64,000 bases of DNA, taken from an uncultured Chloroflexia bacterium. Its GTDB lineage: Bacteria; Chloroflexota; Limnocylindria; Limnocylindrales; CSP1-4. The notes under the pieces were generated by a model. The model searched no databases. It was not told the DNA's origin and was given only the letters and a program-made list of their open reading frames with translations. A program made the position numbers and the translations under genes. The stretch is from assembly GCA_963713975.1 (NCBI GenBank), contig OY970218.1, forward strand, positions 2,272,001 through 2,336,000. Direction: 5' to 3'. Positions 48,608-58,574 of the stretch are shown here, one piece after another (position 1 is the first letter of the stretch; each line of letters opens with the position of its first letter).

Positions 48608-49048
48608 TCAGGCGAGCGCGGCGTCCACCGACAGCTCGACGTTGCCCTTGAGCGCCTGTGACACTGGGCAGCCGTCCTTGGCCGCGTTGGCGAGCTCGAC
48701 GAACTTCGCCTCGTCGATGCCGGGAACCGCGCCGCGGACGGTGAGGTCACTGCGGGCGATCATCCAGCCGGCGTCGCCCTTGTCGAAGGTCACGACCGCC
48801 TTGACGTCCAGCTTCGTGGCCGGAGTGCCGTTCTTGGCAAGCTGGGAGGAGAAGGCCATCGAGAAGCACGCGGCATGGGCCGAGGCGATGAGCTCCTCGG
48901 GGCTGGTCCGCCCGTTGTGCACCTCGGTGCGCGACGCCCAGGTCACGGGGAGCCGGCTGAACGTGCCGGACGAGACGTAGTCGATGGTGCCGCTCCCACT
49001 GAGCAGGTCGCCGTTCCAGGTCGCCTCTGCGAACCGGGTGATCGCCAT
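48608..49048 (-). CDS. osmC: OsmC peroxiredoxin
   Basis: SPEELIASAHAACFSMA and AKDGCPVS. Confidence 0.92.
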   Translation of the reverse strand: MAITRFAEATWNGDLLSGSGTIDYVSSGTFSRLPVTWASRTEVHNGRTSPEELIASAHAACFSMAFSSQLAKNGTPATKLDVKAVVTFDKGDAGWMIARSDLTVRGAVPGIDEAKFVELANAAKDGCPVSQALKGNVELSVDAALA

Positions 49049-49162
49049 CGGAGCCTCCTTGGCATGGGGTGGGGGGATGGATGTGGAGCCCGGGCGTAGC
49101 CCACGCCCTCTAGGGTGCCACGGGCGGCGCCGAGCCGCCCGTGGCTGGTGGGTGCAAAGACC

Positions 49163-52100
49163 TCAGGCGGGCGTCGGTTGTGCCTCGACCGCGTCCGGGG
49201 TCGCGTCAGCCCGCTTCCCGCGCCGCCAGTGGCGCGCCCCATCCACGAGTGAGTACACGACCGGGATAACGAGCAGGGTGAGGAACGTCGAGGTGAACAG
49301 GCCGCCGATGACGACCGTGCCGAGCTCGGCCGCGATGATGCTGCCCTGGTTGAAGCCCGCGGCGAGCGGGATCAGGGCCAGGATCGTGGCGATCGCGGTC
49401 ATCAGGATCGGTCGCAGGCGCGTCCGGCCACCCTCGATGAGGGCCTCCGTGGTCGCCATCCCCTGCGCCCGCAACCGTTCCACCAGGTCCAGCAGCACGA
49501 TCGCGTTGGTCACCACGATGCCGATCAGCATCAGCATGCCGATCAGGGCACTGACGCCGAGCGGCTTGCCCGTGAAGTACAGGGCCGGGAGGGCTCCGAT
49601 GGTCGCCAGCGGGAGCGTGAACAGGATGATGAACGGCGTCACGAGAGAGTTGAACGTCAGGACCATCGCCACGTAGACGACGAGGATGGCCACGCCCATC
49701 GAGAAGAACAGGCCACCGAACGCCTCGTCCATCTGCGCCGAGACGCCGGCGAGCCGGACGTCCACGCCCTGCGGGATCCGGCCCGCGGCCACGAGATCGT
49801 CGATCTCGGCCTGGACGTCCATGCTGACCTTGCCCGTGTTGGTGGACGCGATCTCGGCTGAGATCGAGGCCGCGGGCGCCTGGTCGATGCGGGTGATGGA
49901 GCCCTGGGCGTCGACCTGCTCGACCGTCGCCACATCGCCCAGCGGCAGTTTGGCGACGGCCCCGACAGACAGGGCGGAGAGATCCTCGACCGAGCCGACG
50001 GCGGCCGGGTCCACCTGGACGAAGACGTCCGTGGCCGCCCCGTTCTCGTCGAGCACGATGCGCGTGGCGACCGTGCCGACGAGCGCGCTCCGGACCTCCT
50101 GGGCGACCTGGGCGGCGGTGAGGCCCACCATGATCGCCTTGTTCGGGTCCGGGGTCACCTGGATCTCGGGCGTGCCCTTGGACAGGTCGGACTTGAGGTT
50201 GAGCAGCTCGGTGTTGCCCGACAGCGCGGCCAGGACCGCGTCGTTGGCCGTGGCCACGTCGGTGGCGTTCTCGCCCGAGACCACGACGTTGAGGTTGTTC
50301 GACGTGAAGCCGGCAGACTGCGAGACCGCGACGTCGTAGCCGTCGGTCTTGACCGAGGCGAGGGAGTCCGAGAGGACCTTCGCGTATTCCGTCAGGTCGA
50401 CGGTATCGACCAGGCGGACGACCAGCCGGGCGCTGTTGGCAGGCAGGCCGCTCATGGACGCGACGACGGTCTGGAAGCCGGCCTCGCCCTCGCCCGGGAT
50501 GGACGACTGGGTGAGCTCGACGTTCTCATCGGCCGCGAGGATCTGCTCGGCCTGCTGGGTCTTCTCCAGCACCGCCTGCGAGCTGGAGCCGGCGGGCGGC
50601 GCGATGGTGACCTGGAGGATGTTCTCGCCGCCCGCGTTGATGAACGCGGTCGGCAGCAGCGGTGCCAGGGCCGCGGTGGCCATGAACAGGACGACGGCGA
50701 CGCCCACCACGCCCAGCTTCGTCCCGCGGCTGCGGAGGGCGAGCTTGATGGTCGGCGTGTAGGCCTTGATCCAGATGGAGTTCTTGGGCTCGCCGTCCTC
50801 GTCGACGTTGCTCTTGACTTCGCGGATGAGCAGGTACGCGAGCACCGGCACCACGGTGAGGGCGCAGATGAGCGAGGCGAGGAGCGCGAAGGTCACCGTG
50901 AGCGCGAAGGGCAGGAAGAACTGGGACACGAGGCCGCCGACGAAGCCGAGCGGCAGGAAGACGCCGACCGTGGTGATCGTCGCGGCCGTGATGGCGCCCG
51001 CGACCTCCTTCGGTCCCTGGATCGAGGCGGTCAGGCGGTCCTCGCCGAGGGCACGATGCCGGTAGATGTTCTCGAGGACGACGATCGAGTCATCCACCAC
51101 CCTCCCGATGGCAACCGCCAGGCCGCCCAGGGTCATGATGTTGATGGTGACCCCGGTTGCCTGCATGACCACGAGGGCCGCGAGCAGCGAGAGGGGGATG
51201 CTGACCGCCGCCACGAGGGTGGCGCGGATACTGAACAGGAACAGGAAGATGGTCAGAATGGCGAACATGGCGCCCAGACCGCCCTCCCGGAGCAGGCCGT
51301 CACGGGACTCCTTGATGAAGTCCGAGAGGTCCGAGACCACGGTGACCGTGACCGCATCGGCGTGCTGGGCACCCAGCTCGTTGAGCTTGGCCGTCACCTC
51401 GTCCGCCACCTGGACCGTGTTCGCGTCCGAGGTCTTGGAGACCGAGAGCGAGAGTGCCGGCTGGCCGTTGGTGCGCGAGTAGCCGGTCGTCGCCACTCCC
51501 TTGAGCTCGACCGTCCCGAGGTCGCCGATGGTGATGGGCGTGGGCGGGACGGGCACGGCGGATGCTGCCGGGTCGTCCGACGCTGCGGGGTTGGCCGGCA
51601 TGCCGCCGGCGCCCGCCGGGGCCGCCACCCCGACGACGAGGTTGGCCACCTCGTCCACAGAGGAGATGCGGCCGATGGTCGAGACCGGGATCTTCGAGGT
51701 CTCGTTGGTGACCTGACCGGATGGGAAGGTCAGGTTGTTGGCCGCCAGGACCCCCGTGATCTGGGCCAGGGAGACGCCGTTCGCAGCCAGCTTGTCGGGG
51801 TCGAGCGTGATCAGGACGCGCTGCTCCTCGCCACCGGTGACGTCGACGCTGCCGACGCCCTCGATGCCCAGGAGGGCGGGCTTGATCTCGTCCTGGGCGA
51901 TGGCCGCCGCCTCGGCGAGACCGTCCTCGGAGTTGGCGGCGATCGACGCGATGATGACCGGCGAGGAGTTGATGTTGAGCGCAGTGACTTGCGGCGTGAC
52001 GCTGGCCGGGAGGCCCGCGTTCTGCAGGTTCTGCTCGATGGCCGCCCTGATCTCCTTGACGTCGGACCCGAATGCGAACTGCGCGACGACCAGACCCAGC

Positions 52101-52363
52101 GAGTTCGCCGAGGTGGACTGGAGGCCTTCGAGGCGCGGTACGCCGGAGACGGCCCGCTCGATCGGCTTGGTCACCTGCTCCGCCACGTCGGCGGCACCGG
52201 CGCCGGGCAGCGGCGCGACGACGGTGATGACCGGGAACTCGATGTCGGGCAGGAGCTCTTGCTTGAGATTGCCCCAGGCGAGCAGCCCGGCGATGAACAG
52301 GGCTCCGGCAAGCAGGAGCGTGACGCTCCGCTTGGAGACGGCGAACTCCGAGAGGCGGCTCAT
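49163..52363 (-). CDS. AcrB/SwrC-family RND efflux permease
   Basis: 1066 aa; ELLPDIEFP, GRVVDDSIVVLENI, GIVVTNAIVL, RLRPILMT. Confidence 0.93.
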   Translation of the reverse strand: MSRLSEFAVSKRSVTLLLAGALFIAGLLAWGNLKQELLPDIEFPVITVVAPLPGAGAADVAEQVTKPIERAVSGVPRLEGLQSTSANSLGLVVAQFAFGSDVKEIRAAIEQNLQNAGLPASVTPQVTALNINSSPVIIASIAANSEDGLAEAAAIAQDEIKPALLGIEGVGSVDVTGGEEQRVLITLDPDKLAANGVSLAQITGVLAANNLTFPSGQVTNETSKIPVSTIGRISSVDEVANLVVGVAAPAGAGGMPANPAASDDPAASAVPVPPTPITIGDLGTVELKGVATTGYSRTNGQPALSLSVSKTSDANTVQVADEVTAKLNELGAQHADAVTVTVVSDLSDFIKESRDGLLREGGLGAMFAILTIFLFLFSIRATLVAAVSIPLSLLAALVVMQATGVTINIMTLGGLAVAIGRVVDDSIVVLENIYRHRALGEDRLTASIQGPKEVAGAITAATITTVGVFLPLGFVGGLVSQFFLPFALTVTFALLASLICALTVVPVLAYLLIREVKSNVDEDGEPKNSIWIKAYTPTIKLALRSRGTKLGVVGVAVVLFMATAALAPLLPTAFINAGGENILQVTIAPPAGSSSQAVLEKTQQAEQILAADENVELTQSSIPGEGEAGFQTVVASMSGLPANSARLVVRLVDTVDLTEYAKVLSDSLASVKTDGYDVAVSQSAGFTSNNLNVVVSGENATDVATANDAVLAALSGNTELLNLKSDLSKGTPEIQVTPDPNKAIMVGLTAAQVAQEVRSALVGTVATRIVLDENGAATDVFVQVDPAAVGSVEDLSALSVGAVAKLPLGDVATVEQVDAQGSITRIDQAPAASISAEIASTNTGKVSMDVQAEIDDLVAAGRIPQGVDVRLAGVSAQMDEAFGGLFFSMGVAILVVYVAMVLTFNSLVTPFIILFTLPLATIGALPALYFTGKPLGVSALIGMLMLIGIVVTNAIVLLDLVERLRAQGMATTEALIEGGRTRLRPILMTAIATILALIPLAAGFNQGSIIAAELGTVVIGGLFTSTFLTLLVIPVVYSLVDGARHWRRGKRADATPDAVEAQPTPA

Positions 52364-52824
52364 GCGGGATCCTTTCGCTGGGCGAGATGCGCTGCGGCCC
52401 GGTCGAGCGCGGAGAGCGCGTCGTGGAGCAGGGCGAGGTCAGAGTCGGAGACGTGGGTGAGGAGCTCGCGCATCTGGCGTGCGTTGAGCTCGCGGAAGCG
52501 GTCGATGAACTCCCGCCCCGCCTGCGTCAGGCCGACCACGACCTGGCGACGGTCGGCGGTGTCCTCGCGGCGCGTGGCGAGGCCGTGGTCAACGATGCGG
52601 TCGACGAGGCCGCTGACGGTGGACAGCGAGACGCCCAGGCGCTGGACGAGCTCCGACATGTGGAGGTCACCCGCGGCCCCGAGCAGGTACAGGAGCTTGG
52701 CCTGGGGCATCGTGACGTCGATCTCCAGGAACTCGGGAGCATGACCGCCGGCCAGCCGCTGCATGAGCGACTCGAACCCGGCGATCACCCCGTCGATGGC
52801 GGTCGTGCGAGCGATGGTGGTGAT
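52360..52824 (-). CDS. MarR family regulator (start uncertain: ATC 52824 or GTG 52788)
   Basis: TMPQAKLL, STVSGLVDRIVDHGL, DRRQVVVGLT. Confidence 0.88.
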   Translation of the reverse strand: MTTIARTTAIDGVIAGFESLMQRLAGGHAPEFLEIDVTMPQAKLLYLLGAAGDLHMSELVQRLGVSLSTVSGLVDRIVDHGLATRREDTADRRQVVVGLTQAGREFIDRFRELNARQMRELLTHVSDSDLALLHDALSALDRAAAHLAQRKDPA

Positions 52825-52850
52825 GGCAGCTATTCCTTCGGTTGAGGCAG

Positions 52851-52873
52851 ATGCTTCGGTAGCACCGAACCAT
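52851..52873. promoter_or_regulatory. Probable MarR operator
   Basis: ATGcTTCGGT-AGC-ACCGAAcCAT inverted repeat; extra TTCGGT half-site at 52837. Confidence 0.6.
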
Positions 52874-53024
52874 TCGGCCGGGACGATACAACGGATTGCC
52901 GGATCGGCCCCGCGCCGGAGGCTCGCGGAGTCGTGGTGCTGTCGACCGACCGCCTCGGGTAGCATCAGCCGCGAAGGGCCTCGAACCGTCCGTAGGGACG
53001 CGGGGAACTCGCAGGAGGACGACG

Positions 53025-53501
53025 ATGAACCTCGTGACGCGTTTCCGGCTGCAGCGCCGGCCCGGCCTCGTGCTCCTGGCCCTGGTTGCCACGCTGGTGC
53101 TCGGAGGCTGCGGATCGGCTGCCGCCACGCCGACGCCCACCTACGGGCCCGTCACGCTGGAAGGGACCGAGTGGGTGCTCCTGAACTACATGGACGCCAC
53201 CGGCGCGGTCTTCACCGTCCCGATGGCGGTCACGCCGACCGCGAAGTTCGCCGGCGGCCAGTTCTCCGGCTTCGCGGGCTGCAACACGTTCAGCGGCCCG
53301 TACACCCAGGACGGCGAAACCATCCACATCGGGCCGCTGGCGGGGACCAAGATGGCCTGCGACGAGCCGCTGACCGCGGTCGAGATCGCGTACGTCCGCG
53401 CGCTCGAGGTCGTCAACACCGCCCGTGCGGCGGGTGACTCCCTGCTCCTGAACGACAGCGACGGCAACAACGCGCTCGAGTTCCAGCGGGCCTCGAACTA
53501 G
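53025..53501 (+). CDS. META-domain (HslJ-like) lipoprotein
   Basis: LGGC lipobox, LEGTEW, GFAGCNTFSG, TKMAC. Confidence 0.88.
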   Translation: MNLVTRFRLQRRPGLVLLALVATLVLGGCGSAAATPTPTYGPVTLEGTEWVLLNYMDATGAVFTVPMAVTPTAKFAGGQFSGFAGCNTFSGPYTQDGETIHIGPLAGTKMACDEPLTAVEIAYVRALEVVNTARAAGDSLLLNDSDGNNALEFQRASN

Positions 53502-53584
53502 CGGCGGCCGAGTGTTCCGCCCGCCATCGACCGCGACTCCCCGCCGACGCCCCTGCTGACCGGCGACGCCCCGAGCATGCCCGC

Positions 53585-54856
53585 GTGAGCCAGGCCCATC
53601 GATCGGTGTCGGCCGCGGCCGCGCGCCGCTTCCTCGTCCGCCGCCACCTGCTGGCGCCCCCTCGCGCCCTGCCCGCCGAGCCCGCATCGGTGATGCGCGT
53701 CATGGACCGGCTGGGCTCGCTCCAGTTCGATCCCCTCGAGGTGGCGGGCCGCAACCACGACCTGGTCCTGCTGGCGCGCGTGGCCGGGTACCGGCGGAGC
53801 TGGACGGACGACCTGCTCTACCGCGACCGCGTGCTGTACGAGACGTACAACAAGATGCTCTCGATCGTGCCGACCGCCGAGCTCCCGTGGTACCGGATCA
53901 CCTGGGACCGGCGGCGCGAGGGCCACGATGGCGGGGCGTTCGACGAGCACGCGCCGCTGGTGGAGGAGCTCCTCGAGCGGATCCGGGCCAGCGGCCCCCT
54001 GTCCTCCACGGACGTGGAGCCTCGGGCGGCGATCGACTGGTACTGGCGGCCCACCAACCAGGTGCGTGCCCTGCTGGAGGCGCTCGGGGAGGCCGGCCTC
54101 CTGGGGATCGCCAGGCGCGAGGGCAACCGTCGTGTCTACGACCTCGTCGAGCGACTGTTCCCGGCGGACCTCCTGTCCCGGCGGCCTCCGGAGCGCGAGC
54201 AGCTGCGGCACAAGCTGCTGTCACGCTTCCGCGCCAACGGCCTGCTGGGCGCGACGGGGGAGTACACGCTCTGGGCCGGGACGGGCAAGGCCCCGGAACG
54301 CAGGTCCCTGCGCGAGGAGCTGGTCGACCTGGGGGAGATCGTCCCCGTCGACGTCGAGGGGCTCCGCGGGGTGCGGTTCATCCCCGGCGACGAGCTCGCC
54401 ATGCTGGATGCCGCTGAGGCAGAGGTCGGCATGGCTACACCGATGGAGGGGGCCGGCGTCGCGTTCCTCGCCCCGCTGGACCCGATGGCCTGGGACCGGG
54501 ACCTGCTGCTCCGCCTCTGGGGATTCGACTACCGCTGGGAGGTCTACGTCCCCGCCGCAAAGCGGCGATGGGGATACTACGTGCTGCCCCTGCTGTTCGG
54601 GGACCGGCTCGTGGGCCGGATCGAACCGCGGATCGACCGCAAGACCGGCACGCTGCGGGTCCTGGGCGTCTGGTGGGAGGACGGCTTCGACCCCATGTCC
54701 GACGCGAACCCGGAGTTCATCGGGGCCGTCGCCGAGGCGCTGCGGGCCCACATCGCCTTTGCCGGCCTGCGCAAGGCCGCCATGCCCAGGACGGTGCGGG
54801 ACCGGGCGTTCGCCGCGGCCGTCCGGGCCCACCTGGAGGAGCACGTGCCGACGTGA
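53585..54856 (+). CDS. YcaQ/AlkZ-family crosslink-repair DNA glycosylase
   Basis: LQFDP, FLAPLDP, WEVYVPAAKRRWGYYVLP. Confidence 0.88.
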   Translation: MSQAHRSVSAAAARRFLVRRHLLAPPRALPAEPASVMRVMDRLGSLQFDPLEVAGRNHDLVLLARVAGYRRSWTDDLLYRDRVLYETYNKMLSIVPTAELPWYRITWDRRREGHDGGAFDEHAPLVEELLERIRASGPLSSTDVEPRAAIDWYWRPTNQVRALLEALGEAGLLGIARREGNRRVYDLVERLFPADLLSRRPPEREQLRHKLLSRFRANGLLGATGEYTLWAGTGKAPERRSLREELVDLGEIVPVDVEGLRGVRFIPGDELAMLDAAEAEVGMATPMEGAGVAFLAPLDPMAWDRDLLLRLWGFDYRWEVYVPAAKRRWGYYVLPLLFGDRLVGRIEPRIDRKTGTLRVLGVWWEDGFDPMSDANPEFIGAVAEALRAHIAFAGLRKAAMPRTVRDRAFAAAVRAHLEEHVPT

Positions 54857-55341
54857 ATGCCGACGCCTTTCGCCAGTACTACGACTACCACTTCAGCGAG
54901 AACCGCACGATCTGGGACTCGTACGTCATGAAGATCTCGGACGAGCAGTTCACGCGGGAGTCCGGCTACTCCGCCGGATCGGTCCGCGACCAGGTCGTGC
55001 ACCTCGCGTCCGTCGACGACGCGTGGTTCGGCGACCTTCGAGGCGCGCGGCCGCCGGACTCGCCCGATCCCGCCACGCTCGCGGACCGGGACGGCATCCG
55101 CGCGTACTGGGATGCCGTCGAGCAGCGCATGCGCGAGTACCTGGCGGGACTGCGCGACGACATGCTGCTCGAGAAGCCGTTCACGGAGGGCGAGGACAAG
55201 GACCTCATCCTGTGGCAGGTACTCCTCCACGTCGCCAACCACGGCACCGATCACCGGGCCCAGCTGCTCAGGCTCCTGCACGACCTTGGCGTCGAGACCG
55301 TGTCCCAGGACTACATCTTCTACGCGTACGACCACCCGTAG
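54853..55341 (+). CDS. DinB family protein
   Basis: GSVRDQVVH and HVANHGTDHRAQ. Confidence 0.88.
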   Translation: MNADAFRQYYDYHFSENRTIWDSYVMKISDEQFTRESGYSAGSVRDQVVHLASVDDAWFGDLRGARPPDSPDPATLADRDGIRAYWDAVEQRMREYLAGLRDDMLLEKPFTEGEDKDLILWQVLLHVANHGTDHRAQLLRLLHDLGVETVSQDYIFYAYDHP

Positions 55342-55391
55342 GACCATCGCACCCGTCGCGCGCGGCCGCATGGCGCCGCCACGCCGGGACG

Positions 55392-56657
55392 TCAGCCTCC
55401 GGTCGTCCGCCCGATCATGCCCGCGCCGACGGTCTTGTTCGACGCCTCGTCCACCAGGATGAACGACCCTGTCTGCCGGTTCTGCTGGTACGGGTCGACG
55501 AACAGGGGCTGCGTCACCCGCAGCTGCACGCGGCCGATCTCGTTGAGGACCAGCTCCGTGGCCTGCTCGTCGCGGTGCAGCGTGTTGACATCGATCCGGT
55601 AGCTGAGCTCCCTGACCAACGCCTTGGCCCAGCGGGTCGTGTGCTTGATCGCATACTTGCGCCCCGGCATCAGCGTCGCGCTCTCGTCCATCCAGCACAC
55701 CTGGGCATCGACGTCCTGCACCACGGACGGCATGTTGTGCGGCCGGCAGAGCATGTCGCCCCGTGAGATGTCGAGCTCGTCGGCCAGGGTGATCGTGACC
55801 GCCATCGGCGGGTAGGCCTCCTCGACCTCGCCGTCGGCGGTCTGGATCGAGGCGATCGTGGACTCGAGGCCGCTGGGCAGGGCGACGACCCTGTCGCCCG
55901 GCTTGAGCACGCCGGAGGCAACGGTCCCCGCGTACCCGCGATAGTCGATGACGTCGTAGGACTGCGGCCGGACCACGTACTGGACGGGGAACCGGACGTC
56001 CACGAAGTTGCGGTCCGACGCGACGTGCAGCCGCTCGAGATGCGAGAGGAGCGGTGACCCGTCGAACCACGGCATCCGCTTCGAGCGTGTCACCACGTTG
56101 TCGCCCTGGAGCGCGGACACCGGGATGAAGGTCAGGTCGCGGACGCGGAGACGGGTTGCGAACTCGCCGAACTCGTCGCGGATGGCCTCGAACACGGACT
56201 CGTCGAAGTCCACGAGGTCCATCTTGTTGACGCACACGACAACGTGCGGCACGCCCAGCAGCGTGGCCAGGAAGGCGTGCCGACGGCTCTGCTCGGTGAT
56301 CCCCTTGCGGGCGTCGAGCAGGATCAGTGCGACGTCTGCCGTGGAGGCGCCCGTGACCATGTTGCGCGTGTACTGCGTGTGGCCGGGCGTGTCCGCGATG
56401 ATGAACTTGCGGCGCGGCGTGGCGAAGTAGCGGTAGGCGACGTCGATCGTGATGCCCTGCTCGCGCTCGGCCCGCAGCCCGTCGGTCAGGAGGGCGAGGT
56501 CCGTGAAGTCGTTGCCGCGATCACGGCTCACCCGCTCGACGGCCTCCAGCTGGTCCGAGAAGAGCGCCTTGCTGTCGTACAGCAGGCGGCCGATAAGCGT
56601 GCTCTTGCCGTCGTCGACGGATCCGGCTGTCGCCAGCCGGAGGAGGTCCATCGGCAT
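55392..56657 (-). CDS. cysN: Sulfate adenylyltransferase GTPase subunit
   Basis: TAGSVDDGKSTLIGRLL, EREQGITIDVAYRYF, DTPGH. Confidence 0.95.
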   Translation of the reverse strand: MPMDLLRLATAGSVDDGKSTLIGRLLYDSKALFSDQLEAVERVSRDRGNDFTDLALLTDGLRAEREQGITIDVAYRYFATPRRKFIIADTPGHTQYTRNMVTGASTADVALILLDARKGITEQSRRHAFLATLLGVPHVVVCVNKMDLVDFDESVFEAIRDEFGEFATRLRVRDLTFIPVSALQGDNVVTRSKRMPWFDGSPLLSHLERLHVASDRNFVDVRFPVQYVVRPQSYDVIDYRGYAGTVASGVLKPGDRVVALPSGLESTIASIQTADGEVEEAYPPMAVTITLADELDISRGDMLCRPHNMPSVVQDVDAQVCWMDESATLMPGRKYAIKHTTRWAKALVRELSYRIDVNTLHRDEQATELVLNEIGRVQLRVTQPLFVDPYQQNRQTGSFILVDEASNKTVGAGMIGRTTGG

Positions 56658-57559
56658 CAGAAGTAGCCTTCCCGCTTGCGGTCTTCCATCGAGGTCTCGC
56701 TGGTCTTGTCATCGCCACGCGTGGCACCACGCTCCGTGATCCGGACGGCGGCGATCTCGGCGACGATCTGGGCCACCGTGTCGGCGTCCGACTCCACCGC
56801 GGCGGTGAGGTTGGCATCGCCGACGGTGCGGTAGCGGACCCGCGCCACCCTGGCGACGTCGCCGTCGCGGACGGGCGTGAACTGGTTCACGGCATAGAGC
56901 ATGCCGTCGCGCTCCACGACCTCGCGTTCCCGGGCCAGGTAGAGCTCCGGGATCTCGATCTCCTCGGCCTGGATGTACGTCCAGACATCGAGCTCCGTCC
57001 AGTTGGACAGCGGGAAGACCCTGATGCTCTGGCCCTGGTGGACCCGGCCGTTGTAGAGGCTCCAGATCTCGGGTCGCTGGTTCTTGGGGTCCCACTGGCC
57101 GAACTCGTCACGGAACGAGAACACGCGCTCCTTGGCCCGGGCCTTCTCCTCGTCGCGCCGGGCCCCGCCGAACAGCGCGTCGAAGCGGTGGCGCTCCGCC
57201 GCCTCCAGGAGCACCGGCGTCTGGATCCGGTTCCGCGAGCCGTTCGGCTCCTCCTGCACGAGGCCGCGCTCGATGGCGTCCGGGACGGAGGCCACCACCA
57301 GCGTGAGGCCCAGCTTTTCGATCCAGCGGTCCCGGTAGGCAAGGATCTCGGGGAAGTTGAGGCCCGTGTCGACATGCATCACCGGGAACGGGATGCGTGC
57401 CGGCGCGAACGCCTTGCGGGCGATGTGCAGCATCACGATCGAGTCCTTGCCGCCCGAGAACAGGAGGCACGGGCGCTGCATCTCGGCCGCGACCTCGCGG
57501 AAGATGTGAGTGCTCTCGGCTTCCAGGGCGCGGAGCTGGCTCAGGACGTGGGTGATCAT
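56657..57559 (-). CDS. cysD: Sulfate adenylyltransferase catalytic subunit
   Basis: FSGGKDS, GGARRDEEKARAKER, WDPKNQRPE, KREGYF. Confidence 0.95.
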   Translation of the reverse strand: MITHVLSQLRALEAESTHIFREVAAEMQRPCLLFSGGKDSIVMLHIARKAFAPARIPFPVMHVDTGLNFPEILAYRDRWIEKLGLTLVVASVPDAIERGLVQEEPNGSRNRIQTPVLLEAAERHRFDALFGGARRDEEKARAKERVFSFRDEFGQWDPKNQRPEIWSLYNGRVHQGQSIRVFPLSNWTELDVWTYIQAEEIEIPELYLAREREVVERDGMLYAVNQFTPVRDGDVARVARVRYRTVGDANLTAAVESDADTVAQIVAEIAAVRITERGATRGDDKTSETSMEDRKREGYF

Positions 57560-58422
57560 GGGCGTGCTCCTGGCTCCTCGTCCGAGCCCGACTCCGCCAG
57601 CAGGCGGCGCAGGTGGGCGAGGAGCGCGGGGTGGCAGACCACGAGGTCGGGAGACCAGGGGTCCGGCTGGTTGTAGAGCAGGGGGGACCCGTCGAGCCGG
57701 GTCGCGACGAGCCCCGCCGCATGGGCGACGGCGACCGGCGCCGCCGAGTCCCACTCGAACTGGCCCCCGGCGTGCACGTAGGCGTCGGCCGTCCCGTCCA
57801 CGACGGCCATGACCTTCACGCCGCAGGAGCCCATCTGGACCAGGTCCACATCGTCACGCGCCGCAAGCCGCTGCACGACCGCCGGTGGTCGGGTCCGGCT
57901 GGCGGCGATCCGCAGGGGACGGAGACCGGCGAGGACCTCCTCGGGACCGGTGCCCGGGGTTGGGGCCACGCTGGCGGTGTCGAACGCCTGGTCCCGCGCC
58001 GGGAGCGCCACGGCGCCGGCGACGAGGCCCCGGCCGGCCTCCCACAGGGCGACGTGAACGGCGAAGTCCGAGCGCCGCGTTCCGTCCGGGACCATCTCGG
58101 CAAACTCGCGGGTGCCGTCGAGCGGGTCGATGATCCAGACGCGGGCCGCGGTCAGCCGGCGCTGGTCCTGCTCTGCCTCCTCGGACAGGATGACGTCATC
58201 GGGTCGTGCGTCCGCGAGGGCTGCAGCCAGCCATGCCTGTGCGGCGGCATCGCCCGCGTCGCCGAGCGGCTTCCCGGCGGCAGGCACGTCCCCGGCGCTG
58301 GCGCGCTCGCGAAGGCTCATCAGCACGCGGCCGGCCCCGGTGGCGAGGATCGCGGCCAGCCGGGAGTCGTCGATGGGGTCCGGGTTCGGTGCGATCGAGT
58401 CGTCCACGCGCTCGCTGGTCAC
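57556..58422 (-). CDS. cysQ: 3'(2'),5'-bisphosphate nucleotidase
   Basis: LSEE, WIIDPLDGTREF, EWDSAAP. Confidence 0.88.
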   Translation of the reverse strand: MTSERVDDSIAPNPDPIDDSRLAAILATGAGRVLMSLRERASAGDVPAAGKPLGDAGDAAAQAWLAAALADARPDDVILSEEAEQDQRRLTAARVWIIDPLDGTREFAEMVPDGTRRSDFAVHVALWEAGRGLVAGAVALPARDQAFDTASVAPTPGTGPEEVLAGLRPLRIAASRTRPPAVVQRLAARDDVDLVQMGSCGVKVMAVVDGTADAYVHAGGQFEWDSAAPVAVAHAAGLVATRLDGSPLLYNQPDPWSPDLVVCHPALLAHLRRLLAESGSDEEPGARP

Positions 58423-58574
58423 CAAGGCCTGCCTGCCATCATCCGTCGCTTCGTGCTCCCGCGTCGTGCTACAACACCGCGGCGGGGCCCGGATGGGGCC
58501 GCGCGGCCGGACCGAAGTTATCATCCACGCATGCCTTGCACCGTCCGGACCCGGCCGCGCGCGCACGCGACCCG

